Assembly (NCBI GenBank): GCA_015233115.1
Contig: JADFYJ010000014.1
Location: 11,028-75,027 of the forward strand
DNA from: Candidatus Omnitrophota bacterium
Lineage (GTDB): Bacteria; Omnitrophota; Gorgyraeia; Zapsychrales; Zapsychraceae
DNA: 64,000 nt
Direction: 5' to 3'
This document shows, piece by piece, positions 10,282 to 16,967 of this stretch (position 1 is the first letter of the stretch; the number at the start of each line of letters is the position of its first letter). Position numbers and translations under genes: made by a program. The notes under the pieces were generated by a model. It worked only from the letters and a program-made list of their open reading frames with translations. It was not told the DNA's origin and searched no databases.

Positions 10282-12282
10282 ATGAAAAATAAATTACTTA
10301 AAATTATATTACTGGCCGGAGCCGTGATCCTTTTTTATGGGAACACTTTTACTTCGATATTTCATTTTGATGATCGTTTGTTTGTCGTTGAGAACAAAAA
10401 TATCCGAAACCTTATGGATATTAATGCCATATGGCATTCAGCGCCGCAGAATTCCCGGTTTGTCGCCAATTTTACCTTCGCGGTTAATTATGCTTTGGGT
10501 CAATTGAATGTGGTGGGTTATCACATCGTTAATATCCTGATCCACATGATCAACGGATTTTTAGTGTGGTGGTTGATTACGCTGCTGTTTAATACACCGG
10601 GGCTCAATAAACACAAATTGTTCAAATATAAAGATGGCATTGGATGGGTTGCGGGGATGTTGTTTATCGCCCACCCCTTGCAGACACAGGCTGTCACCTA
10701 TATTTGCCAAAGATACGCTTCCTTGGCTACGTTGTTTTACCTGTTAACAATGTGCTGGTATTTAAAAGCGCGGCTGAGCGGGCAGAAGAAATTTTTTGTG
10801 CTTTGTGTGGTCAGCGCACTCTTGGGGATGTTTACCAAGGAAATGACTATGACTTTGCCGCTTATGGTGATAATGACAGAATGGATGATGTTTGAGCATA
10901 AAAAGTGGGAATGGAAAAATACGGTTCTTTACGGATTGGTTTTATTTGGATTTTTCATGATTATTCCAGCCTTGATGAAGTTTAACTTTTTCTGGGCGAT
11001 TTTTGAGCCTAAACCATCATCGTCGCATAATTGGGATATGATTTTGCTGGAACCTTTTGTCATGACCCAGTTAAAAGTATGGGCGATTTTGTTGGGCAAG
11101 GTTTTTGTGCCCATTCACCAAAATGTGGATTATGATTTTCCGCTGGTCCATAATTTTTGGCAGATTGAGGTGTGGGGCAGTGCGGTGATATTGTCCGCTC
11201 TTTTAATATTCGCCGTTTTATATCGTCGTAAAAATCCTTTGGTCAGTTATGGAATTATGTGGTTTTTTGTGGCCATGAGCATAGAGATGGTGCCGCGGAT
11301 CTATGTCATTTTTGAACATAAAATGTATTTGCCATTTGCGGGTTTATGTATGGCTTTTACGGGATTGTGGCAGGATAAGGTGGAAGATGAAAAAATCCGT
11401 ATGATCATCATGACCGCGGTGATTGTCATTTTGGGTATGTTGACATTTCAACGTAACGCGGTTTGGAAAGATGATATTTCTTTGTGGTCTGATTCGGTTA
11501 AAAATTCCCCTCGTAAACCGACTCCCAATTATAATTTAGGCTGTGCTTATCAGCAAAAAGGCATGGCGAATGAGGCTCTTTATTATTTTAATCAGACGTT
11601 TCAATCGTATCGATATCATTATAAAAATTTAGTGAACCGGGCTTTGATTTTAGAAGACCGGGGAGATTTTAATGGAGCGCTGAATGATCTTAATCGGGCG
11701 ATTTTTTTACGGAGCGATTTGGCGGAAGCCTATAATAACCGCGGCGGGTTGATGGGGAAAATGAATAATTACGATCAGGCGTTGGCCAACCTTGATCGGG
11801 CGTTGAATCTTATGCCTAATTTTCCGGAAGCATATTATAACCGGGCTATGGTTTTTCAAAAGACCAATCGTTTGCCTGAGGCGGTCGTTGAACTCACCAA
11901 AGCAATAAATATAAACCCCAAATATGTCGGGGCTTATTTAAATCGGGGGAGTGTTTATTTGATGTTGCAAAAAACCGATGAGGCCTATCGGGATTTAAGC
12001 CGTGCTATTGAGCTATATCCTCAATACGCAGAAGCTTATTTAAACCGGGGAGCCGTTGAAGTTCAGATGGGTATGGCGGAACAAGCAGTACGCGATTTTA
12101 CCAAGGCACTTGAATATAAACCAGATTGGGGTATGGCGTACTATGACCGGTTTTTTATTTACCGTTCTATGAATCAGCTTGATAAAGCCCGGCAAGACGC
12201 GCGGTATATCATCGACGCGAATTTAGAATTGTCAGACAGCTCCAAACAAGAAATAAAAAAATTTTTAAATTATGCAAAATAA
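10282..12282 (+). CDS. TMTC/PMT-like membrane protein with C-terminal TPR repeats, paralog 2
   Basis: Colinear similarity to 8192-10219 (YHIVNILIHMINGFLVWWL; MTEWMMFEHKKWEWKNTVL); ATG at 10282 preceded by AGGGA; ORF track start 10276 is TTG. Confidence 0.55.
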   Translation: MKNKLLKIILLAGAVILFYGNTFTSIFHFDDRLFVVENKNIRNLMDINAIWHSAPQNSRFVANFTFAVNYALGQLNVVGYHIVNILIHMINGFLVWWLITLLFNTPGLNKHKLFKYKDGIGWVAGMLFIAHPLQTQAVTYICQRYASLATLFYLLTMCWYLKARLSGQKKFFVLCVVSALLGMFTKEMTMTLPLMVIMTEWMMFEHKKWEWKNTVLYGLVLFGFFMIIPALMKFNFFWAIFEPKPSSSHNWDMILLEPFVMTQLKVWAILLGKVFVPIHQNVDYDFPLVHNFWQIEVWGSAVILSALLIFAVLYRRKNPLVSYGIMWFFVAMSIEMVPRIYVIFEHKMYLPFAGLCMAFTGLWQDKVEDEKIRMIIMTAVIVILGMLTFQRNAVWKDDISLWSDSVKNSPRKPTPNYNLGCAYQQKGMANEALYYFNQTFQSYRYHYKNLVNRALILEDRGDFNGALNDLNRAIFLRSDLAEAYNNRGGLMGKMNNYDQALANLDRALNLMPNFPEAYYNRAMVFQKTNRLPEAVVELTKAININPKYVGAYLNRGSVYLMLQKTDEAYRDLSRAIELYPQYAEAYLNRGAVEVQMGMAEQAVRDFTKALEYKPDWGMAYYDRFFIYRSMNQLDKARQDARYIIDANLELSDSSKQEIKKFLNYAK

Positions 12283-14080
12283 ATGGTTAAAAATTTTATT
12301 ATTGGCTGGTGTTGTTCTTCTTTGTTATTCCAATACTTTTCATGCTCCTTTCCAATATGACGATTATATTTTTGTCTCTGGTAATCCGAATATCCGCGAT
12401 TTAACAGATATTAAAGCGTTATGGCATTCTCAACCGCAATATTCCCGTTTTGTCGCCACTGTTAGCTTTGCTTTGAATTATCATTTTGGCAAGTTGAATG
12501 TGTTTGGTTATCATGTTGTCAATTTATTGATCCATCTGATGAATGGGCTGTTAGTGTGGTGGCTGATCAAACTATTGATGGCCACTCCCGGACTTAATAA
12601 TCATAAACTATCAAAATATAAAGACAATATAGGATGGGTGAGCGCACTTTTGTTCATTGCTCATCCCTTACAGACAGAGGCCGTGACTTATATTTGTCAA
12701 AGATATGCGTCCCTGGCAACCTTGTTTTATCTGCTGGCCATGGGTTGGTATTTAAAAGCACGGCTGAGCGGGCAGAAAAAATTTTTTGTTATGTGCGCGG
12801 TGAGTGCGCTGTTGGGTATGTTCACCAAAGAATTCACCATGACTTTGCCGGTCATGATCATAATGACGGAATGGATGATGTTTGAACATAAAAAATGGGA
12901 TTGGAAAAATACGGTTTTGTTCGGATTGGTGCTGTTAGGATTTTTAATGATTGTTCCTGCTTTGATGAGGTTTAATTTTTTCTGGGCCATTTTTGAGCCT
13001 AAGCCGTCATCGTCTCATATTTGGGATGTGATTACCTTGGTTCCTTATGTGATGACGCAATTGAAAGTGTGGGTGGTGCTGTTAGGAAAAGTCTTGATAC
13101 CGATCCATCAGAATTTGGATTATGATTTTCCGCTGGTCCATAATTTTGGCCAGATTGATGTCTGGGGCAGCGCGGTGATTTTATTGGGTCTTTTGATATT
13201 CGCCATTATATATTATCGGAAAAATCTTTTGGTCAGTTATGGGATTATGTGGTTTTTTGTGGCCATGAGCATTGAAATGGTGCCGCGGATTTATGTCATT
13301 TTTGAACACAAGATGTATTTGCCGTTGGCGGGTTTATGCATGGCGTTTACGAGTTTGTGGCAGGATAAGGTGGAAGATGACAAAGTGCGTATCATTATCA
13401 TGACTACGCTGATTGTGGCTTTTGGCTTTCTTACGTTTCAGCGCAACGCGGTTTGGAAAAGCACGTTATCTTTATGGGCGGATACTGTCAGCCATTCACC
13501 GGATAAACCTTCGGCTAATCATATGTTGGCTTATTCTTATATTGAGAGCGGTGATCTGGACACGGGCATGTTGTATCTGGAAAAAACCTTAAGTATTGAT
13601 CGGTTTTATTTTAAAGCGATTTATAACCGCGCGTTTGTGTATTTAGAACGGGGACAATTGGATAAAGCTTTAAAAGAATTGAATGAATGTCTTCGCTTGA
13701 GTCCGACATATTCCCGGGCCTATGTTAAGCGGGGATTGGCATATACGCAAATGGGAAATATTCCTAAAGCGTTGGAAGACTATGCCAAAGGGATGGAATT
13801 GGAACCTAGATTTTCCGGCGCGTATCTTAATCGGGGTGTGGCTTATTACAAAATCGGCGAATTTGATTTAGCGATTAAGGATTTTTCAAAAGCTATTGCT
13901 TTGGACCCGGATTTGGCCGGCGCGTATTTTAACCGGTTTTCTGCGTACAAATCTAAAGGGGAGACGCAGAAAGCGTTGAATGAGGTTTTATACATTACTA
14001 AAAATAATATGAAGCTAAACCCGGAACAAATTGCGGAAATGGAAAAATATTTAAAGGAAAACCTCCGCGTCGGTGGTTAG
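12272..14080 (+). CDS. TMTC/PMT-like membrane protein with C-terminal TPR repeats, paralog 3
   Basis: Near-identical blocks to paralog 2 (MTEWMMFEHKKWDWKNTVLFGLVL); start overlaps paralog 2 stop. Confidence 0.55.
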   Translation: MQNKWLKILLLAGVVLLCYSNTFHAPFQYDDYIFVSGNPNIRDLTDIKALWHSQPQYSRFVATVSFALNYHFGKLNVFGYHVVNLLIHLMNGLLVWWLIKLLMATPGLNNHKLSKYKDNIGWVSALLFIAHPLQTEAVTYICQRYASLATLFYLLAMGWYLKARLSGQKKFFVMCAVSALLGMFTKEFTMTLPVMIIMTEWMMFEHKKWDWKNTVLFGLVLLGFLMIVPALMRFNFFWAIFEPKPSSSHIWDVITLVPYVMTQLKVWVVLLGKVLIPIHQNLDYDFPLVHNFGQIDVWGSAVILLGLLIFAIIYYRKNLLVSYGIMWFFVAMSIEMVPRIYVIFEHKMYLPLAGLCMAFTSLWQDKVEDDKVRIIIMTTLIVAFGFLTFQRNAVWKSTLSLWADTVSHSPDKPSANHMLAYSYIESGDLDTGMLYLEKTLSIDRFYFKAIYNRAFVYLERGQLDKALKELNECLRLSPTYSRAYVKRGLAYTQMGNIPKALEDYAKGMELEPRFSGAYLNRGVAYYKIGEFDLAIKDFSKAIALDPDLAGAYFNRFSAYKSKGETQKALNEVLYITKNNMKLNPEQIAEMEKYLKENLRVGG

Positions 14081-14100
14081 GCCTCCGACGCGGTGTTCCT
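14069..14100. terminator. GC-rich hairpin downstream of TMTC-like paralog 3
   Basis: ctccgcgtcggtgg ttagg cctccgacgcggtgttcc. Confidence 0.5.
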
Positions 14101-14163
14101 GGGTTGTTGTTGACTGCCCATACGTTTTGTGCTAGTTTATACGACAATGATTTTGGGTTTTAC

Positions 14164-14266
14164 GGTTGATAGTTGATGGTTTTTGGTTTTTGGAAAAAGC
14201 GAATAATTTCGATAACCAACAACCAGCAACCAGCAACCAACAACCAACAACCCATAACCATCAACA
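14164..14266. repeat. Inverted TGGTTTT/GTTGATG and CAACCA arrays flanking an AAAAAGCGAATAAT box upstream of yggS
   Basis: ggttgatagttgatggtttttggtttttgg ... aaaaagcgaataatttcg ... ataaccaacaaccagcaaccagcaaccaacaaccaacaacccataaccatcaac. Confidence 0.7.
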
Positions 14267-14276
14267 TTTTGGTCAC

Positions 14277-14972
14277 ATGATTTCAGAAAATTTACAGAAA
14301 ATTCGGGGAGAAATTGCTGATATTTGCCGGCGGGCAGGCCGCAGGGCGGATGATATCATTTTGATCGGCGCATCGAAGTACGCTAACGCCGAGCAGATTA
14401 AAGAAGCCATTGCCGCAGGATTGGAATATATCGGTGAAAACCGGGTGCAGGACGCTTTAGAAAAATTCGCGGCATTTGACCGGCTGGGGATTAAAGTGCA
14501 GCGGCATATGATCGGCCATTTGCAAACCAATAAGGCGAAGCAGGCGGTTGAAAATTTTGATCTGATTCAATCAGTTGACAGCTTGAAGCTGGCGCAAGAA
14601 ATTGAAAAACACGCCTCCCGGATGAACAAGGTGATGGATATCCTTTTACAGATTAATACGTCGGGTGAGGAGCAAAAATTCGGCGCGGATACTCAAGATG
14701 TGTTTGATTTGGTTAAAGGAGCGGCGGATTTGCCTCATGTACGGATATTAGGGCTTATGACCATGGGGCCATTAGTGGAGACTGCGGACCGTGAATTGGC
14801 TCGTCGGTGTTTTAGGCAATTAAAGGAATTTTCAGATATGATTCGCCGGGAATTTTCAGATCATCCTAAAATAGAAATGAAATATCTTTCTATGGGGATG
14901 TCCGGCGATTACGATATGGCGCTGGAAGAAGGTGCTAATATGATTAGAATCGGGAGGGCTATATTCTTATGA
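14277..14972 (+). CDS. yggS: YggS/PLPBP family pyridoxal-phosphate homeostasis protein
   Basis: IGHLQTNKAK...MGMSGDYDMALEEGANMIRIGRAIF; start moved to ATG at 14277 because upstream ORF extension is made of CA-rich repeats. Confidence 0.8.
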   Translation: MISENLQKIRGEIADICRRAGRRADDIILIGASKYANAEQIKEAIAAGLEYIGENRVQDALEKFAAFDRLGIKVQRHMIGHLQTNKAKQAVENFDLIQSVDSLKLAQEIEKHASRMNKVMDILLQINTSGEEQKFGADTQDVFDLVKGAADLPHVRILGLMTMGPLVETADRELARRCFRQLKEFSDMIRREFSDHPKIEMKYLSMGMSGDYDMALEEGANMIRIGRAIFL

Positions 14973-15766
14973 GTAAAAAAATGACGGTAGGAATTATCGG
15001 CGGAGGAAATATGGGCACGGCTATCGCGGCAGGAATTTGGAACGCGTATGACGTCTATGTGTGTGAGAAAGATAAAAAGCGGGAGGCTTTATTACGGCGG
15101 AAATATTCGGTTAAGACCGTCGATATTGCCAGTTTGGTTAAGAATTGTAAAGTACTCGTCCTGGCCGTTAAACCGCAAAATATTGATGAGGTTTTGGATT
15201 TGATGAACGGAAGGGTTGGACAAGATAAAATTTTGATATCAGTCGTGGCTGGGATTACTTCGGCTTTTCTGGAAAAACGTTTGGGAGGAAAAGTGCGGGT
15301 CATCCGTGCTATGCCGAATTTGCCGGCGCAAATCCGAGAAGGAATTACGGGCATTTCCAAAGGACAACACGCAAAGCCGCATGATTTGAAAGTCGGCGCA
15401 TTGATTTTAGGGAATATCGGACAGACGGTGGTGGTTGATGAAAAATTAATTAACGCGATTACGGCTGTTTCGGGCAGTGGACCGGCTTATGTGTTTTTAT
15501 TTTTAGAAAACTTGGTGAATTCGGCTGTAGCGCTAGGGTTAAGTAAAGATATGAGTATGAAATTGTCCATGCAAACAATTAAAGGCAGTATCAGTTTAAT
15601 TGAAAAAACCAAACAATGCCCGTCGCTCTTGAGGGAGCAGGTGACCTCAAAAGGCGGAACCACTCAAGCTGCCCTGGATGTTTTTGCGGAACATCGTTTT
15701 GATAAAATATTTTGTTCAGCCGTAAAAGCCGCGGAAAAACGTGCGAAAGAATTGGCGAGAAATTAA
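14969..15766 (+). CDS. proC: Pyrroline-5-carboxylate reductase
   Basis: N-terminal GIIGGGNMGTAIAAG Rossmann motif; C-terminal VTSKGGTTQAALDV P5CR signature. Confidence 0.85.
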   Translation: MSKKMTVGIIGGGNMGTAIAAGIWNAYDVYVCEKDKKREALLRRKYSVKTVDIASLVKNCKVLVLAVKPQNIDEVLDLMNGRVGQDKILISVVAGITSAFLEKRLGGKVRVIRAMPNLPAQIREGITGISKGQHAKPHDLKVGALILGNIGQTVVVDEKLINAITAVSGSGPAYVFLFLENLVNSAVALGLSKDMSMKLSMQTIKGSISLIEKTKQCPSLLREQVTSKGGTTQAALDVFAEHRFDKIFCSAVKAAEKRAKELARN

Positions 15767-15772
15767 CAAAAC

Positions 15773-15817
15773 AGTATGTGGTATGTAGCATGTAGGATGT
15801 CGTGAAAAAACGATTAG
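15773..15817. repeat. GTATGTN tandem array plus GAAAAAACGATTAGC box downstream of proC (no inverted partner)
   Basis: agtatgtggtatgtagcatgtaggatgtcgtg then aaaaaacgattagc. Confidence 0.7.
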
Positions 15818-15894
15818 CAATAAAAGCGCAAGGGGCGATTCCTGCCTACCGGCAGGCAGGCACGAATTGTCCGATAAGATACGGGAGAATTAAT

Positions 15895-16755
15895 ATGGCA
15901 AAAATCGGCATTATCGGCGGCAGTGGGTTATATCAGATTGAAGGCATTTCACAAGTCAAAGAAATTTCCGATGTTAACACCCCCTTTGGTAAAGCGTCGG
16001 ATTCTTTGTTCGCGGGAAAATTGGATGGGACGGATGTGGTTTTTTTGTCACGCCACGGCCGCGGGCATCGTATTTCTCCGTCGGAAATAAATTATCGTGC
16101 GAATATTTTTATGATGAAAAAGCTGGGAGTGGACGCGATTATTTCCGTATCCGCTTGCGGTAGTTTACGCGAAGAAATGAAGCCGTTGGATTTTGTGGTG
16201 CCAGACCAATTTGTGGATCGCACGCATCAGGCGCGGAAAATGACTTTTTTTGAGAATGGAATTGTCGCGCATGTTTCTTTGGCAGATCCGGTCAGTCCTG
16301 AATTAACTAAAATACTCATTGAAAGCTGCCGTTCTTTAGGACTAAATGTTCATCCCAAGGGAACGTATCTGAACATGGAAGGCCCGCAATTTTCGACCAA
16401 AGCGGAATCAAATTTATATCGTACCTGGGGCATGGATATTATCGGCATGACCACCATGTCAGAAGCCCGTTTAGCGAGAGAAGCAGAAATTTCTTACGCG
16501 ACTTTAGCCGCGGTGACGGATTATGACTGCTGGCATCCAGGCCATGATGCGGTGACTGTGGATATGATTATTGGTTATTTGATGAAAAACGCGGAAAACG
16601 CGAAGAGAATTTTGAAAACGGCGATTCCAAAGATTGGGCAGTTAAATAGTTTCAGCGCCCAAGACGCGCTAAAATTCGCCCTGATCACAGACAAAAAAGT
16701 CATACCGGAACAAATTAAAAAAGATTTGAATATATTGATTGAAAAATATATTTAG
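15895..16755 (+). CDS. mtnP: 5'-methylthioadenosine/purine nucleoside phosphorylase
   Basis: MAKIGIIGGSGLY...VVFLSRHGRGHRISPSEINYRANI...DAIISVSACGSL; ATG at 15895 with GGGAG RBS. Confidence 0.75.
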   Translation: MAKIGIIGGSGLYQIEGISQVKEISDVNTPFGKASDSLFAGKLDGTDVVFLSRHGRGHRISPSEINYRANIFMMKKLGVDAIISVSACGSLREEMKPLDFVVPDQFVDRTHQARKMTFFENGIVAHVSLADPVSPELTKILIESCRSLGLNVHPKGTYLNMEGPQFSTKAESNLYRTWGMDIIGMTTMSEARLAREAEISYATLAAVTDYDCWHPGHDAVTVDMIIGYLMKNAENAKRILKTAIPKIGQLNSFSAQDALKFALITDKKVIPEQIKKDLNILIEKYI

Positions 16756-16950
16756 TATGTAGTATGTGGTATGTGGTGAAAAAAAGCGATTGATGAACAG
16801 ACGTAATGGATTACAAAATAGATGCATGCCCGCGAAAGCGGGAATTTAAAAGAAAAAAATCTTTTGTTTTTTAACATTTCATTTTTCATATTTAACTTTT
16901 AACTTAATTTTTGTTTTTACTACATACGACATACTACGTACTACATACTA
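16755..16950. repeat. Intergenic island: (GTATGTN)x3 array, GAAAAAAAGCGATTGATGA box, AT-rich spacer, reverse-complement (NACATAC)x4 array
   Basis: Left arm gtatgtagtatgtggtatgtggtg 16755-16778; right arm ctacatacgacatactacgtactacatact 16920-16950. Confidence 0.8.
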
Positions 16951-16967
16951 TTAAAATTGGATAACAA

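Noticed and set aside
10644-12885. ORFs 10644-10895 and 12634-12885 (83 aa each), similar to each other
   Set aside because: They lie in an alternate frame inside the paralogous TMTC-like genes. Their similarity only reflects the nucleotide similarity of the parent paralogs.
14166-14276. N-terminal extension of the yggS ORF (MIVDGFWFLEKANNFDNQQPATSNQQPTTHNHQHFGH)
   Set aside because: Encoded by the TGGTTTT/CAACCA repeat arrays; YggS homologs start near the internal ATG at 14277.
16779-16967. Possible tRNA or small structured RNA gene inside the AT-rich island spacers
   Set aside because: The spacers are about 75-80% A+T with homopolymer runs and no cloverleaf-compatible GC stems apart from the short GNRA hairpin. 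No tRNA-like features seen anywhere in the window.
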